From assembly GCF_024502345.1 (NCBI RefSeq), contig NZ_JALDNN010000001.1: a stretch of 64,000 nt of DNA. One strand, given 5' to 3'. Positions 16,846-27,390 of this stretch are shown in pieces (position 1 is the first letter of the stretch; the number at the start of each line of letters is the position of its first letter). The notes beneath the pieces are model-generated. The model saw nothing but the letters and a program-made list of their open reading frames with translations. It ran no database searches and was not told the origin of the DNA. The DNA comes from Escherichia coli (GTDB lineage Bacteria > Pseudomonadota > Gammaproteobacteria > Enterobacterales > Enterobacteriaceae). The position numbers were made by a program, and so were the translations under genes.

Positions 16846-19695
16846 TTGAAATACCTTGCTTCTTTTCGTACAACCCTGAAAGCCTCGCGCTACATGTTCA
16901 GAGCATTGGCGTTAGTGCTCTGGCTGTTGATTGCTTTTTCATCCGTTTTTTACATCGTTAATGCGTTACATCAGCGAGAATCGGAAATTCGTCAGGAATT
17001 TAATCTGAGTTCCGATCAGGCTCAGCGCTTTATTCAACGCACCTCTGATGTGATGAAAGAGCTGAAGTACATCGCCGAAAATCGCTTATCGGCAGAAAAC
17101 GGTGTGCTTTCCCCGCGTGGACGAGAAACGCAGGCGGATGTGCCTGCGTTTGAACCGCTGTTTGCCGACTCCGATTGTTCAGCAATGAGTAACACCTGGC
17201 GAGGTTCTCTGGAGTCATTGGCGTGGTTTATGCGCTACTGGCGCGATAATTTTTCTGCGGCTTACGATCTCAATCGGGTATTTTTAATCGGCAGCGATAA
17301 CCTCTGCATGGCCAATTTCGGTCTGCGTGATATGCCAGTGGAACGCGATACCGCGTTGAAAGCGTTGCATGAACGCATCAATAAATATCGAAATGCACCA
17401 CAAGATGATAGCGGCAGTAACCTCTACTGGATCAGCGAAGGTCCGCGCCCTGGCGTCGGGTATTTTTACGCGTTGACGCCAGTTTATCTGGCGAACCGGT
17501 TGCAGGCGCTTTTGGGTGTCGAGCAGACCATCCGGATGGAGAATTTTTTCTTACCTGGTACGTTGCCGATGGGGGTTACCATTCTTGATGAAAATGGTCA
17601 TACCCTGATTTCGCTTACCGGACCAGAAAGCAAAATTAAGGGCGATCCTCGCTGGATGCAGGAACGCTCCTGGTTTGGCTATACGGAAGGGTTCCGGGAG
17701 CTGGTGCTGAAGAAAAATCTGCCACCCTCATCGCTAAGCATCGTTTATTCGGTGCCGGTTGATAAGGTGCTGGAACGCATTCGCATGTTGATCCTTAACG
17801 CAATTTTGCTGAATGTGCTTGCCGGAGCTGCATTGTTTACTCTCGCGCGGATGTACGAGCGGCGTATTTTCATTCCGGCGGAAAGCGACGCCCTGCGACT
17901 GGAAGAACATGAGCAGTTCAATCGCAAGATTGTCGCCTCCGCGCCAGTGGGTATCTGCATTTTGCGTACCGCTGATGGCGTCAATATTTTAAGTAACGAA
18001 CTGGCGCATACCTATCTCAATATGCTTACGCATGAGGACCGCCAACGACTGACGCAAATTATCTGTGGGCAGCAGGTCAATTTTGTTGATGTCCTGACCA
18101 GCAACAATACCAATCTGCAAATCAGCTTCGTCCATTCGCGCTATCGTAATGAAAACGTGGCCATTTGTGTGCTGGTGGATGTTTCTTCGCGCGTGAAGAT
18201 GGAAGAGTCGTTGCAGGAGATGGCACAAGCAGCGGAACAGGCGAGCCAGTCAAAATCGATGTTCCTTGCCACCGTCAGTCATGAGCTGCGAACGCCGCTG
18301 TATGGCATTATCGGTAACCTGGATCTGTTGCAAACCAAAGAGTTACCGAAAGGCGTCGATCGTCTGGTGACGGCAATGAACAACTCTTCCAGCCTGTTGT
18401 TGAAAATTATCAGCGATATTCTCGATTTCTCGAAGATTGAATCAGAACAGTTGAAGATCGAACCGCGTGAGTTTTCACCGCGTGAAGTGATGAACCACAT
18501 CACCGCCAACTATTTACCGCTGGTGGTACGCAAGCAGTTAGGCTTGTACTGCTTTATTGAACCGGATGTGCCAGTGGCTTTAAATGGCGACCCGATGCGT
18601 TTACAGCAGGTCATCTCCAACCTGTTGAGTAACGCCATAAAATTCACCGATACCGGCTGTATAGTTTTGCATGTTCGCGCTGATGGCGATTATCTCTCTA
18701 TCCGTGTTCGCGATACCGGCGTGGGGATACCGGCGAAAGAAGTGGTGCGCTTGTTTGATCCCTTCTTCCAGGTCGGAACGGGCGTACAGCGAAACTTCCA
18801 GGGGACCGGTCTGGGTCTGGCGATTTGTGAAAAACTGATCAGCATGATGGACGGCGACATCTCGGTAGATTCAGAACCGGGAATGGGCAGCCAGTTTACC
18901 GTGCGTATTCCGTTGTACGGCGCTCAGTACCCGCAGAAAAAAGGCGTGGAAGGGTTGAGTGGTAAACGCTGCTGGCTGGCGGTCCGCAATGCGTCGCTCT
19001 GTCAGTTCCTGGAAACCAGTTTGCAGCGCAGCGGCATCGTCGTAACAACATACGAAGGGCAGGAACCGACTCCCGAAGATGTGTTAATTACTGACGAGGT
19101 AGTGAGTAAAAAATGGCAGGGTAGAGCGGTAGTGACCTTCTGTCGTCGCCATATTGGTATTCCGCTGGAGAAAGCGCCAGGGGAGTGGGTACACAGTGTG
19201 GCTGCTCCGCATGAGCTACCGGCATTGTTGGCGCGTATTTATTTGATCGAGATGGAGAGCGACGATCCTGCTAACGCTCTGCCGTCGACGGACAAAGCGG
19301 TCAGCGATAATGACGATATGATGATTCTGGTCGTGGATGATCATCCGATTAACCGACGTCTGCTGGCAGATCAGTTGGGATCGTTGGGCTATCAATGTAA
19401 AACCGCGAATGATGGCGTCGATGCGCTTAATGTACTTAGCAAGAATCATATTGATATCGTGCTTAGCGACGTCAACATGCCAAATATGGATGGTTACCGC
19501 TTGACGCAACGCATTCGTCAGTTGGGACTGACGTTGCCGGTAATCGGAGTAACTGCTAATGCGTTGGCTGAAGAGAAGCAGCGGTGTCTGGAGTCCGGTA
19601 TGGACAGCTGCCTGTCGAAGCCGGTAACGCTGGATGTGATAAAACAGACGCTGACGGTATATGCCGAGAGGGTCAGGAAATCGCGGGAATCGTAG
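16846..19695 (+). CDS. rcsC: Hybrid sensor kinase RcsC
   Basis: 949 aa with a TTG start, MKYLASFRTTLKASRYMF. H-box SHELRTPL, receiver domain MILVVDDHPINRRLL...DVNMPNMDG. Matches the remembered K-12 RcsC. Confidence 0.97.
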   Translation: MKYLASFRTTLKASRYMFRALALVLWLLIAFSSVFYIVNALHQRESEIRQEFNLSSDQAQRFIQRTSDVMKELKYIAENRLSAENGVLSPRGRETQADVPAFEPLFADSDCSAMSNTWRGSLESLAWFMRYWRDNFSAAYDLNRVFLIGSDNLCMANFGLRDMPVERDTALKALHERINKYRNAPQDDSGSNLYWISEGPRPGVGYFYALTPVYLANRLQALLGVEQTIRMENFFLPGTLPMGVTILDENGHTLISLTGPESKIKGDPRWMQERSWFGYTEGFRELVLKKNLPPSSLSIVYSVPVDKVLERIRMLILNAILLNVLAGAALFTLARMYERRIFIPAESDALRLEEHEQFNRKIVASAPVGICILRTADGVNILSNELAHTYLNMLTHEDRQRLTQIICGQQVNFVDVLTSNNTNLQISFVHSRYRNENVAICVLVDVSSRVKMEESLQEMAQAAEQASQSKSMFLATVSHELRTPLYGIIGNLDLLQTKELPKGVDRLVTAMNNSSSLLLKIISDILDFSKIESEQLKIEPREFSPREVMNHITANYLPLVVRKQLGLYCFIEPDVPVALNGDPMRLQQVISNLLSNAIKFTDTGCIVLHVRADGDYLSIRVRDTGVGIPAKEVVRLFDPFFQVGTGVQRNFQGTGLGLAICEKLISMMDGDISVDSEPGMGSQFTVRIPLYGAQYPQKKGVEGLSGKRCWLAVRNASLCQFLETSLQRSGIVVTTYEGQEPTPEDVLITDEVVSKKWQGRAVVTFCRRHIGIPLEKAPGEWVHSVAAPHELPALLARIYLIEMESDDPANALPSTDKAVSDNDDMMILVVDDHPINRRLLADQLGSLGYQCKTANDGVDALNVLSKNHIDIVLSDVNMPNMDGYRLTQRIRQLGLTLPVIGVTANALAEEKQRCLESGMDSCLSKPVTLDVIKQTLTVYAERVRKSRES

Positions 19696-19888
19696 GACGG
19701 ATAAGGTGTTTATGCCGCATCCGGCATTCAGTGCAAATGCCAGATGCGACGCTGACGCGTCTTATCTGGCCTACTTTAATGTAATCTGTTGAAATAATGG
19801 GAATCGTAGGACGGATAAGGCGTTTACGCCGCATCCGGCAATCGGTGCAAATGCCAGATAAGACACTAACGCGTCTTATCTGGCCTAC
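19685..19888. repeat. Two copies of a ~90-bp REP/BIME unit with a 114-bp period
   Basis: gggaatcgtaggacggataagg...cttatctggcctac occurs at 19685-19774 and 19799-19888. The first copy contains the last codons and the TAG stop of rcsC. Confidence 0.85.
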
Positions 19889-19894
19889 AGATGA

Positions 19895-20545
19895 TTAGTC
19901 TTTATCTGCCGGACTTAAGGTCACAGAAGAGAGATAATTCAGCAGGGCGATATCGTTCTCGACACCCAGCTTCATCATCGCAGATTTCTTCTGGCTACTG
20001 ATGGTTTTAATACTGCGGTTCAGCTTTTTAGCGATCTCGGTCACCAGGAAGCCTTCCGCAAACAGGCGCAGAACTTCACTCTCTTTTGGCGAGAGACGCT
20101 TGTCACCGTAACCACCAGCACTGATTTTTTCCAACAGGCGAGAAACGCTTTCCGGGGTAAATTTCTTCCCTTTCTGCAGCGCGGCGAGAGCTTTCGGCAG
20201 ATCGGTCGGTGCACCTTGTTTCAGCACGATCCCTTCGATATCCAGATCCAATACCGCACTAAGAATCGCCGGGTTGTTGTTCATGGTCAGAACAATAATC
20301 GACAGGCTTGGGAAATGGCGCTTGATGTACTTAATTAAGGTAATGCCATCGCCGTACTTATCGCCAGGCATGGAGAGATCGGTAATCAACACATGCGCAT
20401 CCAGTTTCGGCAGGTTGTTGATCAGTGCTGTAGAGTCTTCAAATTCGCCGACAACATTCACCCACTCAATTTGCTCAAGTGATTTGCGAATACCGAACAA
20501 GACTATCGGATGGTCATCGGCAATAATTACGTTCATATTGTTCAT
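19895..20545 (-). CDS. rcsB: Response regulator RcsB
   Basis: 216 aa from MNNMNVIIADDHPIVLFGIRKSLEQ, with a LuxR-type HTH near the C-terminus. The track ORF has a 15-aa extension, which was removed to match K-12 RcsB. Confidence 0.97.
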   Translation of the reverse strand: MNNMNVIIADDHPIVLFGIRKSLEQIEWVNVVGEFEDSTALINNLPKLDAHVLITDLSMPGDKYGDGITLIKYIKRHFPSLSIIVLTMNNNPAILSAVLDLDIEGIVLKQGAPTDLPKALAALQKGKKFTPESVSRLLEKISAGGYGDKRLSPKESEVLRLFAEGFLVTEIAKKLNRSIKTISSQKKSAMMKLGVENDIALLNYLSSVTLSPADKD

Positions 20546-20561
20546 GTAATAGGCTACCTTG

Positions 20562-23234
20562 CTACAGCAAGCTCTTGACATAACTGTCAATGTCGCTGAT
20601 GTATTTTTCTATTCCTGGAACATCCTTCTCACGAATCAGATGTTCCAGCGTTTCACATAACTGCTTGCCGGGTACCAGATTTAGCATGGCAAATACGCCT
20701 TTAAGACGATGAGCCGTTTGGGCTAACGCAGCAAAGTCACTGGTTGCTGCTTCAGTATACAGCCTCTTAACATCATCCGGTACTGTGTCTACAAAGAGCG
20801 CATAATAGCCGCTGGCATGGAGTTGCGCATTTTCATCTCCGCCCAGAGGCGATTCTGTCACCTCTTCCTGCGCCAGTTGCACTTCAATTAATTGTAAGAC
20901 CGCTTCCTGCATAGCGTTGCTCATATTGAAGTTGACGCACAATTGACCAGGCCCAATTTCCCGTACGCCAGACTCATCATCGCTTAAAAGCAAGCCAGAG
21001 GCAGTAAGATTAGACGGATTATCCGTTAAAAAGATATCATAATCTTGACTAATTAATCTTTCATCGGGTGTGATACAGGTTGCACCCCAATTTTCTAACT
21101 GGCGAGTGACAATATTCCGAATTTCTGCCGAAGTAACATCCACCATTACGCAGACATCATCCAGTAAACGCTCTTCTTCCTCTTCAACTTCCGGGTCAGC
21201 TGCGAGCATTTTGATATGCACAGAGTAGCGTGTACCAAGCCCATCCCGCGTTTTGATGTTTAAATGACCGCCCAGTTTACGTGCCAGTTGATCGCTCAGC
21301 CAGAATGCCAGCGGGTCCGCCTTGCCATAGCGATCGTTTTGGGTCTGGTTGATAAACGGGAAGTGCAAATTATCCATTTCATGAATGCTTACGCCTTCTC
21401 CGGTGTCCAGAATGCGGAACGTCAGGCGGTCTTCGGAGGACTCATCCTGATCAACCTCAAGGGTGATTTTTCCCAATTGCGTTGAGGTCACGGCATATTG
21501 CATCAGTAGCAGCAAAATACGTCGTAAGGCATCGCGATCGCCACGGCGCATATCGTGTGCTTTCAGATGATTGTTAATCAGCAGTTGCAGACCTTTACGC
21601 TTGATGGCAGGCAACACTGAAGGCACAACTTCATCAATTAAATCCTGCACGGAGAACAGCACCGTCTCACTTTTCCAGCTATCGTCCGCAAGCATGTTCG
21701 CTAACTGTATTTCATCGACCAGCCGCACCAGCACATCTGCCTGATTCGCCAGTTGTTTGCTTTCCGGGGCGTTGAGTTTAGCCGCGCTCTCCGCCAGGGA
21801 CTGTGCAGGTTCTTTCAGCGCATCGCCAATGTTTTTCATAAAGGTCATCCGCCCCTGCTGGTTTTTCTCATACAGACGCTGCGCCTGCTTGAGTTTCTTG
21901 TTTACCAGCACTTCGCGATCCTGATCGCGAATAATGAAAATTTGTGTGCGCGGCGCGACCTGGCTGCGGAACATGCGGATCTCATACAGCTCGTTATTGA
22001 TCGTCGCCTGAATAATCCCCTGATGCTGTTCCGCCATGGTGGTGATGTTTTGCAGATTCAAATGCGGCAGCAAATGATCGGCAATTTTGTTACTTATGAC
22101 AGTGCGGTTCGATTCCTGATCGTGAACCAGCAGGCCGAGCGGCAGCAGTGAGACTATCTCTTCATTGATTGCCCGTAAAATGCGCAATTCGTTATTGACC
22201 GCCGTGTTGGGTAGACTTTCTGTACTGCGACTGGAGAAATGGCGGAATGTGGTATAGCCAAATAACGCCAGCGCCAGCAAACCGATGTTCAGCAGCAGTG
22301 GCAGCAGAATGTTTTGCAACGTATCCAGCAATAAGGTGCCATAAGGAACCTGCCAGACCAGTCGCATATCGGTAGAGTTGAGTGCCGAGGAGATTTCAAT
22401 CTTCGTACTGTTAAAGTGGATACTGACGCTATCCGTCCCTTCTTTCTCATTATCATTGTCTCCCGTTGCCGTCGCGTCTGGCTCAAGGCGGAAACTGTCC
22501 AGCGGCATACCCGGTGGGATCAAATCATTAATCGGCAGATCAAAAGCCACGACCGTTGCCAGATGTCCCGGCTGGTTGAACGTGGTACGTAAGGTAAAGT
22601 AATGACCGTTCTGCCAGGCCAGGCGGCGCATGTTAGAAAAACTTTCGCGTTCATCGAGGGCGTTGGCCTGTTGCAACATCTCTGCACGACGTGAATCAAC
22701 AATGTCACTGACGGTCGATTCTTTAAATCCGGAGGTGAGATCTTTGAGGGGCAGGGTTGAGATCAGTACCAGACTGTTATCCTGACCATTCAGGTAATAC
22801 ATTGACCACGGTACATTTTCTGCGCCCCACAATGTGTCCAGATAGGTGGACATCCGTTGAGTCATCTCAAGCGTTGAGTTGTCGTGAGAGCCAAAGATTA
22901 ACGCTTCCGTTTTGCGGCGCGGTTTTTCCAGATAGTAGACATCCTGTTTCAGGCGCGTCTCTTGTAAACCTTCGCCGGAGGAGGGGGAGGTCGTCGCGGC
23001 AATGTTGTCGTAGATCTGCCAGGTCACGTAACGCCAGTTATCGACGCGCTTTTGGATAGCATGGGTAATGTCGACAATCTGGTAACTTTTATCTTTCAGC
23101 CAGGCGTTAACGGCGCTTTGTACCATTACACCCATCGTCACCAGTAACACAATGATCAACAGTAAAAAGAAGCGGGTAATGCTCCCCGGTAGGAGTGAAA
23201 AGCGGGTCGTGGCCGTTGTCTCTTTCTGACGCAT
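20562..23234 (-). CDS. rcsD: Phosphotransfer intermediate RcsD (YojN)
   Basis: 890 aa, MRQKETTATTRFSLLPGS, with a C-terminal HPt motif AHRLKGVFAML. Lies immediately upstream of rcsB. Confidence 0.97.
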   Translation of the reverse strand: MRQKETTATTRFSLLPGSITRFFLLLIIVLLVTMGVMVQSAVNAWLKDKSYQIVDITHAIQKRVDNWRYVTWQIYDNIAATTSPSSGEGLQETRLKQDVYYLEKPRRKTEALIFGSHDNSTLEMTQRMSTYLDTLWGAENVPWSMYYLNGQDNSLVLISTLPLKDLTSGFKESTVSDIVDSRRAEMLQQANALDERESFSNMRRLAWQNGHYFTLRTTFNQPGHLATVVAFDLPINDLIPPGMPLDSFRLEPDATATGDNDNEKEGTDSVSIHFNSTKIEISSALNSTDMRLVWQVPYGTLLLDTLQNILLPLLLNIGLLALALFGYTTFRHFSSRSTESLPNTAVNNELRILRAINEEIVSLLPLGLLVHDQESNRTVISNKIADHLLPHLNLQNITTMAEQHQGIIQATINNELYEIRMFRSQVAPRTQIFIIRDQDREVLVNKKLKQAQRLYEKNQQGRMTFMKNIGDALKEPAQSLAESAAKLNAPESKQLANQADVLVRLVDEIQLANMLADDSWKSETVLFSVQDLIDEVVPSVLPAIKRKGLQLLINNHLKAHDMRRGDRDALRRILLLLMQYAVTSTQLGKITLEVDQDESSEDRLTFRILDTGEGVSIHEMDNLHFPFINQTQNDRYGKADPLAFWLSDQLARKLGGHLNIKTRDGLGTRYSVHIKMLAADPEVEEEEERLLDDVCVMVDVTSAEIRNIVTRQLENWGATCITPDERLISQDYDIFLTDNPSNLTASGLLLSDDESGVREIGPGQLCVNFNMSNAMQEAVLQLIEVQLAQEEVTESPLGGDENAQLHASGYYALFVDTVPDDVKRLYTEAATSDFAALAQTAHRLKGVFAMLNLVPGKQLCETLEHLIREKDVPGIEKYISDIDSYVKSLL

Positions 23235-23545
23235 TCGTGTTTATGACCTGTTAAAACTTCGCGAAGTGATAGGGCAGTATAAAGGGTACAGTGTGAAATT
23301 CCAGACTCTTACCTGATTGATGATTCTCTATTCTCCCGTGATATTTATCATCCTGCATTGGGGGAAATAGATGTACAAGCGCCATTTTGCTGTACAAATA
23401 ACCTACGAAAAGCCCAACGAAATTAATTGCAAATAAACGAAGATTGCTGGAAATTATGCTGATGTTAATTATTTGTGAAATAGTTAACAAGCGTTATAGT
23501 TTTTCTGTGGTAGCACAGAATAATGAAAAGTGTGTAAAGAAGGGT

Positions 23546-23638
23546 AAAAAAAACCGGATGCGAGGCATCCGGTTGAAATAGGGGTAAACAGACATTCAGA
23601 AATGAATGACGGTAATAAATAAAGTTAATGATGATAGC
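23546..23638 (-). ncRNA. micF: MicF antisense sRNA
   Basis: The reverse complement reads gctatcatcattaactttatttattaccgtcattcatttctgaatgtctgtttacccctatttcaaccggatgcctcgcatccggtttttttt. That is the remembered 93-nt MicF with its terminator hairpin, divergent from ompC. Confidence 0.93.
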
Positions 23639-23793
23639 GGGAGATATTCTAGTTGCGAGTGAAGGTTTTGTTTTGACATTCAGTGCTGTCAAATACTTAA
23701 GAATAAGTTATTGATTTTAACCTTGAATTATTATTGCTTGATGTTAGGTGCTTATTTCGCCATTCCGTAATAATCTTAAAAAGTTCCCTTGCA

Positions 23794-23887
23794 TTTACAT
23801 TTTGAAACATCTATAGCGATAAATGAAACATCTTAAAAGTTTTAGTATCATATTCGTGTTGGATTATTCTGCATTTTTGGGGAGAAT
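23794..23887 (+). promoter_or_regulatory. ompC promoter with OmpR-binding sites C1-C3 and -10 hexamer
   Basis: tttacattttgaaacatctatagcgataaatgaaacatcttaaaagttttagtatcatattcgt matches the remembered OmpR C1-C2-C3 region. It is followed by gagaat (23882-23887). Confidence 0.8.
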
Positions 23888-23972
23888 GGACCTGCCGACT
23901 GATTAATGAGGGTTAATCAGTATGCAGTGGCATAAAAAAGCAAATAAAGGCATATAACAGAGGGTTAATAAC

Positions 23973-25085
23973 ATGAAAGTTAAAGTACTGTCCCTCCTGG
24001 TCCCAGCTCTGCTGGTAGCAGGCGCAGCAAATGCTGCTGAAGTTTACAACAAAGACGGCAACAAATTAGATCTGTACGGTAAAGTAGACGGCCTGCACTA
24101 TTTCTCCGACAACGATAAGGTTGATGGCGACAAGACCTACATGCGTCTTGGCTTCAAAGGTGAAACTCAGGTTACTGACCAGCTGACCGGTTACGGCCAG
24201 TGGGAATATCAGATCCAGGGTAACGCTCCGGAAAGCGAAAACAACTCCTGGACCCGTGTGGCATTTGCTGGTCTGAAATTCCAGGACGTTGGTTCTTTCG
24301 ACTACGGTCGTAACTACGGCGTTGTTTACGACGTAACCTCCTGGACCGACGTGCTGCCAGAATTCGGTGGCGACACCTACGGTTCTGACAACTTCATGCA
24401 GCAGCGTGGTAACGGCTTCGCGACCTACCGTAACACCGACTTCTTCGGTCTGGTTGACGGCCTGAACTTTGCTGTTCAGTATCAGGGCAAAAACGGTAGC
24501 GTAAGCGGCGAAGGCATGACCAACAACGGTCGTGATGCTCTTGAGCAGAACGGTGACGGTGTTGGTGGTTCTATCACTTATGACATCGGTGAAGGCTTCA
24601 GCTTCGGTGGTGCGATCTCCAGCTCCAAACGCACCGCAGAGCAGAACAACAGTGCTCGTTTCATCGGTAATGGTGATCGTGCAGAAACCTACACTGGTGG
24701 TCTGAAATACGACGCTAACAACATCTACCTGGCTGCTCAGTACACCCAGACTTATAACGCAACTCTGGCTGGTGATTTAGGCTGGGCGAACAAAGCCCAG
24801 AACTTTGAAGTGGTTGCCCAGTATCAGTTCGACTTCGGTCTGCGTCCTTCTGTTGCTTACCTGCAGTCCAAAGGTAAAAATCTGAATGCCAACATCGCTG
24901 GTCGTACTTACGACGACGAAGATCTGGTGAAATATGTTGATGTTGGTGCTACCTACTACTTCAACAAAAACATGTCCACCTATGTTGATTACAAAATCAA
25001 CCTGCTGGACGACAATAACTTCACCCGCGCTGCTGGCATCAACACTGATGACATCGTAGCTCTGGGTCTGGTTTACCAGTTCTAA
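23973..25085 (+). CDS. ompC: Outer membrane porin OmpC (370-aa allele)
   Basis: [21 protein letters not shown] signal peptide, ends LGLVYQF. Differs from the remembered 367-aa K-12 OmpC mainly in surface-loop segments. Confidence 0.97.
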   Translation: MKVKVLSLLVPALLVAGAANAAEVYNKDGNKLDLYGKVDGLHYFSDNDKVDGDKTYMRLGFKGETQVTDQLTGYGQWEYQIQGNAPESENNSWTRVAFAGLKFQDVGSFDYGRNYGVVYDVTSWTDVLPEFGGDTYGSDNFMQQRGNGFATYRNTDFFGLVDGLNFAVQYQGKNGSVSGEGMTNNGRDALEQNGDGVGGSITYDIGEGFSFGGAISSSKRTAEQNNSARFIGNGDRAETYTGGLKYDANNIYLAAQYTQTYNATLAGDLGWANKAQNFEVVAQYQFDFGLRPSVAYLQSKGKNLNANIAGRTYDDEDLVKYVDVGATYYFNKNMSTYVDYKINLLDDNNFTRAAGINTDDIVALGLVYQF

Positions 25086-25103
25086 TCTCGATTTCTATCG
25101 AAC

Positions 25104-25126
25104 AAAGGGCCTGCGGGCCCTTTTTT
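25104..25126 (+). terminator. ompC rho-independent terminator
   Basis: aaagggcc-tgcg-ggcccttt stem-loop followed by a T-run, 19 nt after the stop codon. Confidence 0.85.
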
Positions 25127-25196
25127 CATTGTTTTCAGCGTACAAACACAGTTTTTTGGTGTACTCTTGCGACCGTTCGCATGAGGATAATCACGT

Positions 25197-26252
25197 ATGG
25201 AAATAAGCTTTACCCGCGTGGCACTGCTGGCTGCCGCGCTCTTCTTTGTTGGTTGCGATCAAAAACCACAACCCGCCAAAACCCACGCTACTGAAGTTAC
25301 CGTTCTTGAAGGCAAAACCATGGGTACCTTCTGGCGTGCCAGCATCCCGGGCATTGATGCCAAACGCAGTGCCGAACTTAAAGAAAAGATTCAGACCCAG
25401 CTGGACGCCGACGATCAGCTGCTTTCGACCTATAAAAAAGATTCCGCGCTGATGCGCTTTAACGACTCGCAAAGTTTGTCGCCGTGGCCGGTAAGTGAAG
25501 CGATGGCCGATATCGTCACCACCTCGCTGCGCATTGGCGCAAGGACCGATGGTGCGATGGATATAACCGTCGGGCCGCTGGTGAATCTGTGGGGCTTTGG
25601 CCCGGAACAACAGCCGGTTCAAATTCCGAGCCAGGAACAGATCGATGCGATGAAAGCCAAAACTGGTTTACAGCACCTTACGGTCATTAATCAGTCGCAT
25701 CAGCAATATCTGCAAAAAGACCTGCCGGATTTATATGTCGATCTCTCTACCGTCGGCGAAGGTTATGCGGCGGATCACCTGGCACGCTTGATGGAGCAGG
25801 AAGGGATTTCCCGCTATCTGGTGTCGGTGGGGGGCGCGCTGAACAGCCGTGGTATGAACGGTGAAGGCCAGCCGTGGCGGGTAGCGATTCAAAAGCCAAC
25901 CGATAAAGAAAATGCGGTTCAGGCCGTGGTGGATATCAACGGTCATGGTATTAGCACCTCTGGCAGCTACCGTAACTATTACGAACTGGACGGCAAACGT
26001 CTTTCCCATGTTATCGATCCGCAAACCGGGCGTCCCATCGAACACAATCTGGTATCCGTGACGGTGATTGCTCCGACGGCGCTGGAAGCCGATGCCTGGG
26101 ATACTGGCTTGATGGTACTCGGGCCGGAGAAAGCCAAAGAGGTTGTTCGCCGGGAAGGGCTGGCGGTTTATATGATCACCAAAGAAGGCGATAGCTTTAA
26201 AACCTGGATGTCACCACAGTTTAAAAGCTTCCTTGTCAGCGAAAAAAATTAA
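25197..26252 (+). CDS. apbE: FAD:protein FMN transferase ApbE (lipoprotein)
   Basis: 351 aa, MEISFTRVALLAAALFFVGCDQ with a lipobox. Conserved position between ompC and ada. Confidence 0.95.
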   Translation: MEISFTRVALLAAALFFVGCDQKPQPAKTHATEVTVLEGKTMGTFWRASIPGIDAKRSAELKEKIQTQLDADDQLLSTYKKDSALMRFNDSQSLSPWPVSEAMADIVTTSLRIGARTDGAMDITVGPLVNLWGFGPEQQPVQIPSQEQIDAMKAKTGLQHLTVINQSHQQYLQKDLPDLYVDLSTVGEGYAADHLARLMEQEGISRYLVSVGGALNSRGMNGEGQPWRVAIQKPTDKENAVQAVVDINGHGISTSGSYRNYYELDGKRLSHVIDPQTGRPIEHNLVSVTVIAPTALEADAWDTGLMVLGPEKAKEVVRREGLAVYMITKEGDSFKTWMSPQFKSFLVSEKN

Positions 26253-26259
26253 AGCGCAA
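26242..26259 (+). promoter_or_regulatory. Ada box of the ada-alkB promoter
   Basis: aaaaaaattaaagcgcaa contains AAT-N6-GCAA and the AAAGCGCA core. It overlaps the apbE stop, about 70 nt upstream of the ada ATG. Confidence 0.8.
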
Positions 26260-26325
26260 GATTGTTGGTTTTTGCGTGATGGTGACCGGGCAGACTAAAG
26301 GCTATCCTTAACCAGGGAGCTGATT

Positions 26326-27390
26326 ATGAAAAAAGCCACATGCTTAACTGACGATCAACGCTGGCAATCTGTCTTAGCCCGCGACCCGAATGCCGACGGC
26401 GAATTCGTTTTCGCCGTGCGTACCACAGGCATCTTTTGCCGTCCGTCTTGCCGCGCCAGACATGCTTTGCGGGAAAACGTCTCCTTCTACGCAAATGCCA
26501 GCGAGGCACTCGCCGCTGGCTTTCGCCCCTGCAAACGTTGTCAGCCAGAAAAAGCCAATGCCCAGCAACATCGGTTGGATAAAATCACCCACGCGTGTCG
26601 ACTGCTGGAACAGGAAACGCCTGTAACGCTGGAAGCCTTAGCCGACCAGGTGGCGATGAGTCCATTTCATCTACATCGGTTGTTTAAAGCGACTACCGGA
26701 ATGACGCCTAAAGCCTGGCAACAGGCCTGGCGCGCTCGCCGTTTGCGCGAATCGCTGGCGAAAGGGGAGAGCGTGACGACGTCTATTCTTAACGCCGGAT
26801 TCCCCGACAGCAGCAGTTACTATCGCAAAGCTGACGAAACGCTGGGCATGACGGCTAAACAATTCCGTCACGGTGGCGAAAATCTGGCGGTGCGTTACGC
26901 GCTGGCTGATTGTGAGCTGGGTCGTTGCCTGGTGGCAGAAAGCGAGCGGGGGATTTGCGCGATATTGCTGGGCGATGATGACGCGACACTAATCAGCGAG
27001 TTGCAGCAGATGTTTCCCGCTGCCGACAACGCGCCTGCCGATCTGATGTTTCAGCAACATGTGCGTGAAGTGATCGCCAGCCTCAATCAACGCGATACGC
27101 CGCTGACGTTACCGCTGGACATTCGCGGCACTGCTTTTCAGCAACAAGTCTGGCAGGCACTGCGCACGATACCTTGCGGTGAAACCGTCAGTTATCAGCA
27201 ACTGGCTAACGCCATCGGCAAACCGAAAGCGGTACGGGCCGTTGCCAGCGCCTGTGCCGCCAACAAGCTGGCTATCATAATACCCTGTCATCGGGTGGTC
27301 CGTGGTGATGGCACACTTTCCGGTTACCGCTGGGGCGTGTCGCGTAAAGCGCAACTGCTGCGCCGCGAAGCTGAAAATGAGGAGAGGTAA
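26326..27390 (+). CDS. ada: Bifunctional transcriptional activator / O6-methylguanine-DNA methyltransferase Ada
   Basis: 354 aa. N-terminal Zn-Cys cluster (CRPSCRAR...FRPCKRC), AraC-type HTH, C-terminal active site IIPCHRVV. Confidence 0.97.
   Translation: MKKATCLTDDQRWQSVLARDPNADGEFVFAVRTTGIFCRPSCRARHALRENVSFYANASEALAAGFRPCKRCQPEKANAQQHRLDKITHACRLLEQETPVTLEALADQVAMSPFHLHRLFKATTGMTPKAWQQAWRARRLRESLAKGESVTTSILNAGFPDSSSYYRKADETLGMTAKQFRHGGENLAVRYALADCELGRCLVAESERGICAILLGDDDATLISELQQMFPAADNAPADLMFQQHVREVIASLNQRDTPLTLPLDIRGTAFQQQVWQALRTIPCGETVSYQQLANAIGKPKAVRAVASACAANKLAIIIPCHRVVRGDGTLSGYRWGVSRKAQLLRREAENEER

Noticed and set aside
23251-23692. Two minus-strand ORFs (79 and 75 aa) in the rcsD-ompC intergenic region
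   Set aside because: The region is AT-rich regulatory DNA. The second ORF is read straight through the micF sRNA gene and its terminator, and both translations are low-complexity I/F/L/N strings.
25191-25622. 143-aa minus-strand ORF overlapping the apbE 5' half
   Set aside because: It is a shadow of apbE, runs into the ompC-apbE intergenic region without a plausible start context, and shows no recognisable motifs.
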